Shown: positions 1 through 9,954, counted from the first letter of the stretch. The stretch is 64,000 nucleotides of DNA from a virus (IMGVR_UViG_3300008987_000001), one strand, 5' to 3'. Program-made: numbers and translations. Notes: generated from the sequence alone by a model not told the origin.

Positions 1-2059
1 AACCATTACAGAAGTCGGAGAAGGATACGTTCAGACAAGCGAAGGCTCCAAAGTTCCGACAACCGGGTGGAAGTATTTAATTAATCAGACGGTGTTTGAT
101 GGGAACGCCGGGGCTGATGTGAGTTGTGATATAACGAGCATCGGGGGGCGGTTATTTCTGAATGGAATCACATACACGAATTCAACAACGTACGGAGTAA
201 GTACGGTTGACACACTCTGTAATATTAATTATTGTATCTTTCATACCACAAAGGCAATTACATCAAATCATGGTGCAAATTTAGTTTTAGGTAATTCGGC
301 AATTGTTTTGGGAAAATCTCAGGTAATCTCAATAAATTACGATTCTGGGTGCGTATGCGCAAATACATTAATATCTGGAGATTCTGCGACGTATTTATTG
401 ATGATAAATACGGGGAGTGAACTTAATATATATTATTGTGGTCTTTTTGGTGGTACATATGCCATTACGGATTATACACCAGAAACACTGGCGGTTATAC
501 GGTCTTGTTACATCGATTCAACATGTACAACTGGCGCTTATGGTTACAACATAACTCTCACATCATGCACCAACAATGCTGCAACACCCGTGTATAATTT
601 GACAAGTGGGGGAAGTATTGAGGAATGGGATGGTCAGGCATTACCCAGTATTGATGATGCAACAGGCGGGCAAGTGCTGGCGTTAAAGTCTGACAAATCG
701 GCACTGGAGTTTAACTCAGTTGTAACTATTGGTGATATAGGTAATATTACAATTGTTGGGCCAGAGAGCGGTGGAACTTCAAAGTCGGAGTTTGAAGGTG
801 CTCCTGACAATTCTGTTGCAGGATTTTCGTCTGTTTTGTTACGAGGCAGAGCCCTTGCAACCGAAACCCCGGCATTTATATCGTTCTATAACAGAACCGT
901 GGCAGGAGCCAGTACAAAAATTGCAGGCGTTACTGCTGTTGCCGATGAAAATAGTTATGTAAAGGGTCACCTTTCATTTAGAACCACCGCATCATCAGAG
1001 GCTGAACGTGCAACCATTTCAGAATTGGGAATTAATCTGCTGGCCGGTAGTTATCTATTAAACGGTGTGGCACTTGCAGCATCAGATGTTGGGGCGGCAT
1101 CTTCGACAACTGCAACCACGAGTATTTATGTTGATAAAGCAGCGACTGGCGCTGGGACTGGTGTTGATTGGACAAACGCATTTACAACCATTCAGGCGGC
1201 AATTACCTCTCTTCCGGCGATTATAAACCACGCGGTTACTATCTATGTTAGGAAAGGGTCTAGTGCCTATTCAGAGTCTCCGGTCCTTCAGCGTGTGGTT
1301 GCAGGAGGATCAATTACAATTCGGGGGGAGTTTGTGTGGTATGGGACAAATGCAAGCTCTAAAACCGGTAAAATCGATTTGAATGCTGCTGATCCGGGGT
1401 ATGCAGACAAGGCAAGTATTGCATCAGGAGACAAGGTTTTAATTGTTGTATACTCCGGGACGGCTGAAGCCTCTGCACCGGCTGCATCATATGAAGATAC
1501 GGTTGCTTCAGTGTCAGGAGACGAAATCACCCTGACAACCAATACCGGAGTAGCATTTACCACTGCGGCTACGTATGTGATTGCAAAAACCGCAATTGCA
1601 GGTGACATATCTGTAAATAACACCAATGGAGTTACGATCGAAGGCCTCGATATTTCCGGTGCAATTGGAATTTCCCTGTCTAATGCCAGGAATTGTGTAA
1701 TAAATGGGAATTTTATCACCGTTACGTCAAAAGGAATTTATGCTGCTGATATGGTTGCAGCAACAGCAACCCGGAATAACATAACATCAACTACTAATAA
1801 TGCAATGGGTCTCCAAATCATCCGGATGTCTAATGTCTCAACTAACTTAAACAGGATATCGTTGACTGGCACTGGAACCAGAGGGATTTATGCGCAGTTT
1901 CTTGCATACGCGACGTTCTGGTATAATCACATCGACGACGCAGTGACTGGCGTTCAGGTCGCCACAAATGCAGTCATCAATGAGGCCAGTAAAAACCTGA
2001 ATGACGCGACCACTCCGAAATCTCCTGCATCCAGCAGCGATGGGGCATATATTTCATGA
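1..2059 (+). CDS. Receptor-binding / tail-fibre-like protein with parallel beta-helix-type repeats; 5'-partial (reading frame open to window edge, the GTG at 92 is only the first in-frame start)
   Basis: Frame 2 has no stop between nt 2 and 2059. Gly/Ser/Thr/Asn-rich repeats (e.g. NITSTTNNAMGLQIIRMSNVSTNLNRISLTGTGTRGIYA) typical of right-handed beta-helix fibres. Shares a WDG.ALPS...ALEF.SV module with the fibre at 2513-4453. Confidence 0.5.
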   Translation, partial: TITEVGEGYVQTSEGSKVPTTGWKYLINQTVFDGNAGADVSCDITSIGGRLFLNGITYTNSTTYGVSTVDTLCNINYCIFHTTKAITSNHGANLVLGNSAIVLGKSQVISINYDSGCVCANTLISGDSATYLLMINTGSELNIYYCGLFGGTYAITDYTPETLAVIRSCYIDSTCTTGAYGYNITLTSCTNNAATPVYNLTSGGSIEEWDGQALPSIDDATGGQVLALKSDKSALEFNSVVTIGDIGNITIVGPESGGTSKSEFEGAPDNSVAGFSSVLLRGRALATETPAFISFYNRTVAGASTKIAGVTAVADENSYVKGHLSFRTTASSEAERATISELGINLLAGSYLLNGVALAASDVGAASSTTATTSIYVDKAATGAGTGVDWTNAFTTIQAAITSLPAIINHAVTIYVRKGSSAYSESPVLQRVVAGGSITIRGEFVWYGTNASSKTGKIDLNAADPGYADKASIASGDKVLIVVYSGTAEASAPAASYEDTVASVSGDEITLTTNTGVAFTTAATYVIAKTAIAGDISVNNTNGVTIEGLDISGAIGISLSNARNCVINGNFITVTSKGIYAADMVAATATRNNITSTTNNAMGLQIIRMSNVSTNLNRISLTGTGTRGIYAQFLAYATFWYNHIDDAVTGVQVATNAVINEASKNLNDATTPKSPASSSDGAYIS

Positions 2060-2068
2060 GGTGAAAAA

Positions 2069-2341
2069 ATGTTTATTATTTTTGATAAAACAACAAAAAT
2101 TATTTATTCGCGTGGTTCTGGGACTCCTGAAGAATCCGGGAACAAATTGTATTTGGACGGTAAACCAATCTGCAACAATTTGTCTGTGTGCGGATGGAAA
2201 TACATTGCAGATCAAAAGATTGAACAGGATAGTGAGGGGGATTGCATTTTCGACGCGGATTACTATGAGACTGTAACCCCTACTGACAGATTGGCAGATA
2301 TTGAAGCAGCACTGTTAGATCTTGCAGAGGCGATATTATGA
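2069..2341 (+). CDS. Small acidic protein, putative fibre chaperone/assembly factor (paralog of 7168-7497)
   Basis: GAGGTGA RBS 5 nt upstream of the ATG. C-terminus DRLADIEAALLDLAEAIL resembles the C-terminus ERLDAVELAILELV of ORF 7168-7497. Sits immediately after a fibre gene. Confidence 0.35.
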   Translation: MFIIFDKTTKIIYSRGSGTPEESGNKLYLDGKPICNNLSVCGWKYIADQKIEQDSEGDCIFDADYYETVTPTDRLADIEAALLDLAEAIL

Positions 2342-2469
2342 GCGAACATTGGAAAAACATCATATTTTCGCGGTATGATGCAGATGCAATTGATGCAGAA
2401 AAAGTTAGGTCATACGTGCCGAAACTGATTACGCAGGATGAGTGTGATTGGATTTTAGGGGCTGTGTGA
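2338..2469 (+). CDS. Unannotated 43-aa micro-ORF (MSEHWKNIIFSRYDADAIDAEKVRSYVPKLITQDECDWILGAV), paralog of 7497-7631
   Basis: ATGA start/stop overlap with the upstream gene. Shares the SRYDA...KITQDECD.I.G pattern with the second micro-ORF. Confidence 0.35.
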   Translation: MSEHWKNIIFSRYDADAIDAEKVRSYVPKLITQDECDWILGAV

Positions 2470-2476
2470 TCATGAC

Positions 2477-2484
2477 ATATATAA
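2477..2484 (+). promoter_or_regulatory. TATA-like box (ATATATAA) with a downstream GGTGA RBS before the 2513 fibre gene
   Basis: Member of the recurrent CTTATATA-type motif found upstream of many genes in this window. AGGTGA lies at 2501-2506, 7 nt before the ATG. Confidence 0.4.
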
Positions 2485-2512
2485 ATCACATTTTTAAACA
2501 AGGTGATACACC

Positions 2513-4453
2513 ATGACAACATATAGAGTGTGGAATGGAACATCGTGGGAATATATCGATAATCAAAATTATGATGCACGATATTTACTACGTAGTGAGT
2601 TGGGTGCAGCAGAAGGTACTTCTTCATTAGATTCATCTGGACACATACCTACTGAACAATTACCAAGTAGTATTACCGGGGCGGTGAGTTATCAGGGAAC
2701 CTTTGATCCAACAAGTGGATCCCCAACTCCTGCAGCCCAAGGATATTACTATGTAAGTGATGGAGTAGGCACAATTGATACTACATCCTTTGCAACTGGT
2801 GATTGGCTTGTATATCGTGATGATACTACATGGGATAAAATTGCCAATAGTAGTGCTAGTATTACATGGTCTAATATATCTGATAAACCTGCAGGTTATA
2901 CACCGGAATCACATGGTAATGAAGCACATGATGTAGTTTATGCCGTGACAAGTGATATCACATATGAGACGCTTAACACAAATGGAGATGTGGGGGTTAG
3001 TGCAGGACAACTCGCCATTGGTAATCATACCCATAGTGATTTACAACCAATTGATGGAGATCTCACAGCAATCGCTGCATTAAGTGGAAGTGCAGGATTA
3101 CTTCGCAAGACTGCATCTAACACATGGACACTTGATACTAACACATATATTACATCATTAACTAAAGCACCCGATTCAACCTTATGGGATGGTACTGCAT
3201 TACCATCATTTACCGACAATGAGTTGAAGTATATAAGATTGAATGCCGGTGGTGATGCTCTTGAATTTAGCAGTGTTTCCATTGCAATAAATGCCACACA
3301 ATGGGATGGAGTAGCACGTCCAGTATTAACTGATAATGCACTAAAATATCTACGTGTTAATACTGATGCAAGTGCCCTTGAATTTGCAACTGTAAGTGGG
3401 GGAGATGGAACTTGGGGTAGCATTACTGGAACCATATCAGATCAAACTGATTTATATAGTGAATTTGCAACAGTTGATGATAGCAGGTTTACTGATGCCA
3501 GAACACCAACTGCTCATAATCTAATTGATACAACCGGGCACTCTGTTAGTGGACTTACCATTGGGCATTTCCTGAAAGCGACTGGAGCAACAACCTATGC
3601 ATTTGGTGCTCATGGTTTAACTGCCAGTGATGTAGGTGCTCAACCAGTAGATGATGAATTAACGTCACTTGCCGGATTATCACTTACTGGGAATGGTGGA
3701 AAGGTTATATCTGTTAAATCTGATGTTTCTGGATTTGAATTAACAACTCCTGCAACTGGTGGAGATATCACATCTGATGGAAACTGGGTTGCTGCAGGTG
3801 ATCTCATTGTTGGAACTGGTGAAAATACTGCAGCGATTTTAACAAAAGGAACTGAAGGACAGGTTCTCAAAGTTGGATCATCAACTCTTGAATGGGGTGC
3901 AGAAACAACGTATTCTCTTCCAACTGCCGCATCAGATACTCTTGGTGGAGTAAAAATTGGAACAGGTATATCAATTGCTGCCGGAGTAATTACACCAGAT
4001 ATTAATGGACTCACATTACTTGATGAGGCTCCAGCAGATGGAGATTATTTTGCAATATATGATACATCCGGGACTGCACTCAAAAAGGTTGCTGCATCTA
4101 ATGTGGGTGGATCGTCTGGTGGGGGTATTACATGGAATGAAGTCACAGGCACTACACAGGCTGCTGCCGTTGATAATGGATATATCTGTAACAATGCAGC
4201 ATTGGTGACTGTAACGTTACCATCTACCTGTGCATTAGGAAAGACCATCAGAGTTGCTGGTAAGGGTGCTGGGGGATGGAAAATTGCCCAAAATGCAAGT
4301 CAGCAAATCCATTTCGGTGATCAGTCTACAACATCTGGAACTGGTGGATCTATATCGTCCGGGTACAAGTACGATGCGATAGAACTGATATGTATTACTG
4401 CTGACACGACATTCCTTGTCATATCCGCAGTTGGAACGATGGATGTGGTCTAA
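2513..4453 (+). CDS. Tail-fibre / receptor-binding protein (GNHTHS HxH motif, repeated WDG..LP..D..LKY...ALEF modules)
   Basis: 646 aa, Gly/Thr/Ser-rich. HxH motif as in long-tail-fibre tips. Internally repeated ~40-aa module shared with ORF 1-2059. Confidence 0.5.
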   Translation: MTTYRVWNGTSWEYIDNQNYDARYLLRSELGAAEGTSSLDSSGHIPTEQLPSSITGAVSYQGTFDPTSGSPTPAAQGYYYVSDGVGTIDTTSFATGDWLVYRDDTTWDKIANSSASITWSNISDKPAGYTPESHGNEAHDVVYAVTSDITYETLNTNGDVGVSAGQLAIGNHTHSDLQPIDGDLTAIAALSGSAGLLRKTASNTWTLDTNTYITSLTKAPDSTLWDGTALPSFTDNELKYIRLNAGGDALEFSSVSIAINATQWDGVARPVLTDNALKYLRVNTDASALEFATVSGGDGTWGSITGTISDQTDLYSEFATVDDSRFTDARTPTAHNLIDTTGHSVSGLTIGHFLKATGATTYAFGAHGLTASDVGAQPVDDELTSLAGLSLTGNGGKVISVKSDVSGFELTTPATGGDITSDGNWVAAGDLIVGTGENTAAILTKGTEGQVLKVGSSTLEWGAETTYSLPTAASDTLGGVKIGTGISIAAGVITPDINGLTLLDEAPADGDYFAIYDTSGTALKKVAASNVGGSSGGGITWNEVTGTTQAAAVDNGYICNNAALVTVTLPSTCALGKTIRVAGKGAGGWKIAQNASQQIHFGDQSTTSGTGGSISSGYKYDAIELICITADTTFLVISAVGTMDVV

Positions 4454-5413
4454 ATGGCCAAACAATCTGCTTTTTACGAACCGCCATCTGATTCCCAGAC
4501 GTATTACCGCTCAACGGGATACTGGTCAATTGGTATTGGTATTGATCGGGGTATTATCGCGGGTGGAACCACTGGATCCGTGAGCAATGTCATTGACTAC
4601 ATCACCATATCACTTGCAGGGAACGCTACTGACTTTGGTGATCTGACAGTTGCACGAAGTCAACTTGGCGGGGCAGCATCATCAACTAGGGGTATAATTT
4701 TTGGAGGAACAACTGGATCGGTAAGCGATGTAATTGACTATGTAACAATTGCTACAGTTGGTAACGCGACAGATTTCGGAGATTTGGATGCTGCACGGCG
4801 TGGTGTATCTGGGTGTTCAAATGAGACAAGAGGATTGCAGGTTGGAGGATATACCACTGAAGCAGTCAATGTAATTACCTATGTTACTATAGCAACAACG
4901 GGTAATGCAACCGATTTCGGAGATTTAAGTGCAGTAAAATATTTTACATCAAGTTTGGCATCATCTACAAGGGGGATTGCTGCGGGTGGATATGATGCAG
5001 TAGATGTTATTGAGTATGTGACTATTGCTACAACCGGAAACGTGACGAATTTTGGTGATCTATCTACTGGAAGAGATTTGTGTGCAGGGTGTAGTTCATC
5101 AGTTCGCGGATTGATTATTGGTGGATTGAATAGTGGAGACACGTATCTGGATAGCATTGAGTATGTAACAATTGCTACAACAGGCAATGCTGCGTCTTTT
5201 GGAAGTTTGAGTGCTACACGCGGGTATTCTGCAGCAACATCAAACGCATTACGTGGAATCATTGCAGGTGGATTGAATTCAAGTGCAGAATATCTGAATG
5301 TAATTGAGTATGTAACAATTGCTACAACAGGCAGTTCAACTGATTTTGGCGATTTGACAGTATCAAGAAGCATCTCTGCTGGATTATCAGATTGTCATGG
5401 TGGGCTCGTATGA
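4454..5413 (+). CDS. Repeat protein: six ~48-aa blade-like repeats (core GG..S.VIDY[IV]TIATTGNATDFGDL), possible Kelch-like beta-propeller; C-terminus SDCHGGLV
   Basis: ATG abuts the stop codon of the fibre gene. Six full repeats are visible in the translation. Tandem paralog follows. Confidence 0.55.
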   Translation: MAKQSAFYEPPSDSQTYYRSTGYWSIGIGIDRGIIAGGTTGSVSNVIDYITISLAGNATDFGDLTVARSQLGGAASSTRGIIFGGTTGSVSDVIDYVTIATVGNATDFGDLDAARRGVSGCSNETRGLQVGGYTTEAVNVITYVTIATTGNATDFGDLSAVKYFTSSLASSTRGIAAGGYDAVDVIEYVTIATTGNVTNFGDLSTGRDLCAGCSSSVRGLIIGGLNSGDTYLDSIEYVTIATTGNAASFGSLSATRGYSAATSNALRGIIAGGLNSSAEYLNVIEYVTIATTGSSTDFGDLTVSRSISAGLSDCHGGLV

Positions 5414-6330
5414 ATAAGCAATCCATAACGTATGAGGCAAATGCAGGGATACCATTGAAACGTAAGAACGGGCAATGGGGATTGACCGGGGGTATTGGCA
5501 GAGGCATCTTTGCAGGAGGATATGTATCTGCATATTCTAATGTCATTGATTACATTACGATTGCGACAACTGGCAACGCGACAGATTTCGGAGATTTGAC
5601 TGTCGCTAAGATGTTTTTAGGGTGTCCATCTTCATCAACACGGGGGTGTTTTGGTAGTGGCGATCCAAGCAATGTAATTGATTATATTACGATTGCGACA
5701 ACCGGTAATGCTACAGATTTTGGTGATTTAAGTGTATCACGATATGGACTTACTGCATGTTCCAACGAAACTCGTGGATGTTTCGCTGGTGGAAATGGGC
5801 CAAGTAACGTAATTGATTACATAACTATCGCAGTAAAAGGCAATGCTACAGATTTTGGAGATTTAACTCGATCAAACCTATATTTAGCAGGATGTGGATC
5901 GTCAACTCGTGGGGTGTTTGGTGGTGGGCATACAACAGTAAATGTCATTGATTATATTACGATTGCCACTACTGGGAATGCAGTGGATTTTGGAGATTTG
6001 ACAGTTGGTAGAGCAATAATGCAAGCGTGCTCATCATCTACCAGAGGTGTTTGGTTAGGTGGTACTAATGGATCATATCTTAACACGATCGATTACATTA
6101 CCATAGCATCTATTGGCAATGCGACCGATTTCGGAGACTTGCCCGCAACAACATTGAGTAATGATGGTGCAGCAACATCGAATGGGATTCGGGGAGTTGC
6201 ATATTTTCGCACACTTACTGGATATACTAGGTTACAATATGTAACTATAGCAATTACTGGAAACAGTTCTAATTTTGGAGAATTATCAGTAACACGATAT
6301 GGACTTGGTGCCTGCTCTGATTGTCATGGA
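4550..6330. repeat. About 12 degenerate tandem DNA repeats of ~144 bp underlying the two repeat-protein genes
   Basis: Reiterated nucleotide core gt/aattga(c/t)ta(c/t)at(a/t)ac(g/c)attgc(g/t)ac(a/t)ac(t/c)gg(c/t)aa(c/t)gc(g/t)aca/tgatttcggagatttga. Confidence 0.5.
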
Positions 6331-6342
6331 GGACTGGTCTAA
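5410..6342 (+). CDS. Second repeat protein (paralog of 4454-5413); probable ATG at 5410 overlapping the upstream stop (ATGA). The ORF track starts at a TTG at 5392.
   Basis: Same 48-aa repeat and the same C-terminal CSDCHGGLV. Confidence 0.55.
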   Translation: MNKQSITYEANAGIPLKRKNGQWGLTGGIGRGIFAGGYVSAYSNVIDYITIATTGNATDFGDLTVAKMFLGCPSSSTRGCFGSGDPSNVIDYITIATTGNATDFGDLSVSRYGLTACSNETRGCFAGGNGPSNVIDYITIAVKGNATDFGDLTRSNLYLAGCGSSTRGVFGGGHTTVNVIDYITIATTGNAVDFGDLTVGRAIMQACSSSTRGVWLGGTNGSYLNTIDYITIASIGNATDFGDLPATTLSNDGAATSNGIRGVAYFRTLTGYTRLQYVTIAITGNSSNFGELSVTRYGLGACSDCHGGLV

Positions 6343-6380
6343 ACATGACATTATATGTAGGCAATGGAGAAGTGTAAACA

Positions 6381-7199
6381 ATGAATAGTTTAGCTATTGT
6401 AGAAGAGACTGCGATGAAGTCATTGGCATCTCCCGAATATTCCGGGATGTTAGCCAAAATCGAGGAATCTGCACTGGAGATAAACCAAACTACCCAGATT
6501 TTTCAAAAGACTCAAAGTCAGTTCATGGATAACATGATGACAGTGTCTCACCCAACTCCATTTCGGAATTTACGGCAGATACTAGCTGAAATGAAAAAAT
6601 CACGGCAGGCAATGGGTGAGGCATACTTTAACATCGAAAAGAAGAAGATCAAGATTCGAAAACTCCAGAAACAACTCGAATCATATACGGATCCGCTTGA
6701 CCGGGAAGAGGTTGAACTCAAGATCCGTGAGGCTGAATGGCAGATTGAATGTATCATGGAAAATGTGGGTGGTGCAATCAGAAAACTGGCAAATTATACT
6801 GCCCAGTTTAATCTCATTAAGGGCCAGTTAACTGATTTATCCGAACAGACCTTCGAGGAGGAAGAGGAACGATACCACATTATGAAAGCCTTTGAACAGG
6901 GCATTTGTGCTGCCCGGAGTCATGGTGGATATATTGACGAAGGGAACCAGATTTATTTTACCCAGATTGGTATCAATGGAACGGTTGCACAGGTAGAGAT
7001 GACCAATTATCTGAACTGGGAAGCAACACAACTGCACAATCAACGTGAGATAACTCATGAGGACCAGATGATGTGGCTGAACGCCATGGCTGATAAGTTC
7101 AAAGGGTGTTCGAAAGCGTATGCAGAATACAAAGGGATGGATTTGAATACAGATTATGCACTATTAGGTGATCAGCGTGAGAAAACTACTCAAGTATAA
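6381..7199 (+). CDS. Hypothetical protein, coiled-coil-rich (fibre/baseplate-associated?)
   Basis: GGAG RBS 9 nt upstream. Long charged heptad-like stretches. Lies inside the fibre cassette. Confidence 0.35.
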   Translation: MNSLAIVEETAMKSLASPEYSGMLAKIEESALEINQTTQIFQKTQSQFMDNMMTVSHPTPFRNLRQILAEMKKSRQAMGEAYFNIEKKKIKIRKLQKQLESYTDPLDREEVELKIREAEWQIECIMENVGGAIRKLANYTAQFNLIKGQLTDLSEQTFEEEEERYHIMKAFEQGICAARSHGGYIDEGNQIYFTQIGINGTVAQVEMTNYLNWEATQLHNQREITHEDQMMWLNAMADKFKGCSKAYAEYKGMDLNTDYALLGDQREKTTQV

Positions 7200-7497
7200 A
7201 TTAATTAATGGACGGGTTCCGGATTACATTGAGGACGGTGGCTATTTTGCAGATGGAGACTGGCTCATCGGAGTTTCCAAACCTCTTGATGAGATTGAAG
7301 TGCCAACTGGAACCACATGGGTATCGCAGGCAGAACTCGAATCAATGATAACTGCGGCAAACGAAAATCTCGAAGAAGGCATGGAACCTCTAACCCGTGA
7401 GATATTTGAGGACGATAAGAGGATGTATCGGTATTACGGGCTTACAAAGGATGAACGGCTCGATGCGGTCGAACTTGCCATACTGGAGTTGGTCTGA
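7168..7497 (+). CDS. Small acidic protein, paralog of 2069-2341 (putative fibre chaperone)
   Basis: C-terminal similarity RL.A.ELA.L.L to ORF 2069-2341. Confidence 0.35.
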   Translation: MISVRKLLKYKLINGRVPDYIEDGGYFADGDWLIGVSKPLDEIEVPTGTTWVSQAELESMITAANENLEEGMEPLTREIFEDDKRMYRYYGLTKDERLDAVELAILELV

Positions 7498-7631
7498 TGC
7501 CTGAACCATGGGTGACAATTTTACAGTCACGGTATGATGCAAAAGTGATTAATGAAACATATGTAAAGTCGTTTGTGGTGAAAGGAAAGATCACACAGGA
7601 TGAGTGTGATGAGATTATCGGTACGAGTTAG
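7497..7631 (+). CDS. Unannotated 44-aa micro-ORF (MPEPWVTILQSRYDAKVINETYVKSFVVKGKITQDECDEIIGTS)
   Basis: TGATG overlap with the upstream stop. Paralog of 2338-2469. Confidence 0.35.
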   Translation: MPEPWVTILQSRYDAKVINETYVKSFVVKGKITQDECDEIIGTS

Positions 7632-7680
7632 GATTTGAAAAGTTAACGTCATTAAACTTATATAGAAGTAGAACATATAT

Positions 7681-7745
7681 TATGGTGCCCAACGGCGAAA
7701 ATGCATAGGGAGGAATCTTTTCCTTCTTTCATTTTTGTCAAGAGT
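7681..7745 (+). repeat. Intergenic structured repeat, copy A (TATGGTGCCCAAC box, hairpin GGAGGAA/TTCCTTC, T tract, TCAAGAG)
   Basis: See findings. Partial 3' copies at 8033-8056 and 8143-8166. Confidence 0.5.
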
Positions 7746-8136
7746 AAATGTAATGTCTTGCTCTATTTTTAATCGTCCCACTCTAATTCATCGTTAATTT
7801 GGAAAATCAGCCAAATGGTGAAGGCGCTGACAACCGCTGCAATTAAAAAAGATATTATCATGGCTTCAACAATCATAGTTTAGTCTTGTGTATCCATAGA
7901 ATGTTCATTGCGATAAGCAGTCCTATTTCAAAATAAAAAATGTCAGGGATCATGTTAATCTTTTAATTGTCCACCACACTATTGTTCCGGCTGCAAATCC
8001 ATAAATAAACCATTAGATGTCCATAATTAATAATTCCTCATTTTTGTCAAGAGTAAAATTGTTTTTATCGTAAATTTGTGGCCCACCATAAAATGCATAT
8101 ATACAATACTATTATGAATGCCATAAATAGTATCAT

Positions 8137-8895
8137 TTAGTAGTTCCTCACTTTTGCAAAGAAGTACTTTGGCACTTTGAATATATTGTAGTTCCAAGTA
8201 TAGTCTGACCCTTCAATGTTAAATAGAACATACCCGTTATCTGGGCGCTTTTGGCTTTTGGTCATGATATAGCCATCCATGCCTTTCCAGCACGGTGTTG
8301 TCATAGCGATGTAGTTTGGCCCACCGGCATATTTGAATGTGTGACTATGTGATTTGATGTATATATCTGCATCGTCGCCATCGAGCCTCAACTGATCAAT
8401 TGAACCAATCATACTGCTGAAGGCCCCATCATTACGGGAACTGTATGGTCCATAATGCTGCACGTTCATCTTAATGTTATCAAACAGTATGTCACCAAAG
8501 TAATCGTACCATTCTCCACGAAGCATTGTACAAACAATTTCATCAGCACTTGGGTTATCATTGGTGTGATATGTTGAGCCCTGCGTGAATATATAACGCT
8601 TCGTATTGATCATTGAAAGTAACTGCTTCGCAATATCACATTGAACCATCATGTCAGTAACGAGGATATCCTTGCCCTTACTCTTACTATTGAGACCATC
8701 TACAATATCACCATTGCAAATTACGGCATCAACTTCACCTACACTCATTACCATGTTTTCCCATTGCTCATAAAGGAATTCCTGGACTTTGGATTGTGTG
8801 AGGTGTAAATCGCGATCTGCATTATAATAATTACGTGGCAGCATACCACTTGATCCCCCACAATGCAAATCACTAACAACTAGTACTTTCTTCAT
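8137..8895 (-). CDS. Calcineurin-like metallophosphoesterase (Mre11/SbcD- or lambda-PPase-like)
   Basis: VVSDLHCG ... NGDIVDG ... GSTYHTND motif series (D.H / GD..D / GNH-like). Confidence 0.55.
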   Translation of the reverse strand: MKKVLVVSDLHCGGSSGMLPRNYYNADRDLHLTQSKVQEFLYEQWENMVMSVGEVDAVICNGDIVDGLNSKSKGKDILVTDMMVQCDIAKQLLSMINTKRYIFTQGSTYHTNDNPSADEIVCTMLRGEWYDYFGDILFDNIKMNVQHYGPYSSRNDGAFSSMIGSIDQLRLDGDDADIYIKSHSHTFKYAGGPNYIAMTTPCWKGMDGYIMTKSQKRPDNGYVLFNIEGSDYTWNYNIFKVPKYFFAKVRNY

Positions 8896-9418
8896 GAGTG
8901 ATGATACCTCATTAATATATTACCAATTAATATCACAACATCAGAATAACTAATGCAATACATCTCACACTACCTCATCATCAACAATCCATAACCACTG
9001 TATGCCATACTCTGGGAATGATGAGATTTTACCATCCTCATTGATTACTTTGAATACTGCTCTATACATGCCACCAGTGTCGGTTTCCCCAGTTGCCCAT
9101 GCATATTCAACAAGTCCTTCAGATTCACTCACTATGCTACATGGTTGATCTTCAATAGCCCATGTTTCTGCATTAACTCCACGCATAGAGAATGTAACTG
9201 ACATTCCATCGAGATCGTATGGTTCAACTCCTTGGGTATCAATGTTCCACTCTTCAATGGAATACTGCAATGGAATGGTGTCACCTTTCTTGTATCTAAT
9301 GGTAACCGTCATATTATATACAAGTGATTACATTATATATAAATGTTTAGAAAGAGATTATATATTGCAAGTAATGAATTGAGTAGTTAAAAGTTATAAT
9401 ATCAGAACAATACACTAC

Positions 9419-9949
9419 TTATTTTTTTCGTCTCTTGTTTATTCTTTTGGTCAGTGGATCCATTCCATTTAACTGTTCAATCTTGTTAATTACTTTTCGT
9501 TGTCGCGTTGGCATGTATCGCAGACGTATCATGTTATCTATGTATGTGCGAAGATTAAAGTCTGGATCTTTCTTCTTGATATCGTCGATTAACAGGCAAT
9601 AGAACTTTGCAATCCGTTCTTCATTAAAGTTGTTCTCTACTACTGCAATGGATAATCGTTTCATGTAATACTCTAGGGAGAACATTGGGAGGGTGTGCTG
9701 ATAGCGTTGATACATACGGGTCTTGAAGTCACGAAGTATCTCATAGGATAGGTACTTTTTAACTATTTCAAGTTCTTCTGGGGTAGGTTCTAATCGTGAT
9801 AATGCACGATCAATAAGAATATTTTCGTATTCTGCATATTTCCAAGGATAAAAATGTTGGTCGAGTAGTTTATTGACGAATTGTTCTGGGATGATACCTT
9901 TTGCGACCATATCATACACATATTCGTCTTTAATGTTAACCATACTCAC
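9419..9949 (-). CDS. Hypothetical protein
   Basis: 176-aa ORF in an operon-like array. No recognisable motif. Confidence 0.3.
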   Translation of the reverse strand: MSMVNIKDEYVYDMVAKGIIPEQFVNKLLDQHFYPWKYAEYENILIDRALSRLEPTPEELEIVKKYLSYEILRDFKTRMYQRYQHTLPMFSLEYYMKRLSIAVVENNFNEERIAKFYCLLIDDIKKKDPDFNLRTYIDNMIRLRYMPTRQRKVINKIEQLNGMDPLTKRINKRRKK

Positions 9950-9954
9950 GACTG

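Noticed and set aside
753-1719. ORFs 753-962 (+) and 1288-1719 (-) inside the first fibre gene; also 3025-3435, 3640-4014 and 4045-4248 inside the second fibre gene
   Set aside because: They are embedded in or antisense to long ORFs with coherent repeat architecture. There are no independent start signals. They are most likely spurious.
4879-5373. Minus-strand 164-aa ORF with its own internal repeats inside the repeat-protein gene
   Set aside because: It is the mirror image of the 144-bp tandem DNA repeat. The sense-strand genes have the start and coupling signals.
4550-6330. The regular ~144-bp repeat array considered as a CRISPR array
   Set aside because: The repeats are long, degenerate, contiguous without unique spacers, and entirely protein-coding in one frame. 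This is a coding tandem repeat, not a CRISPR array.
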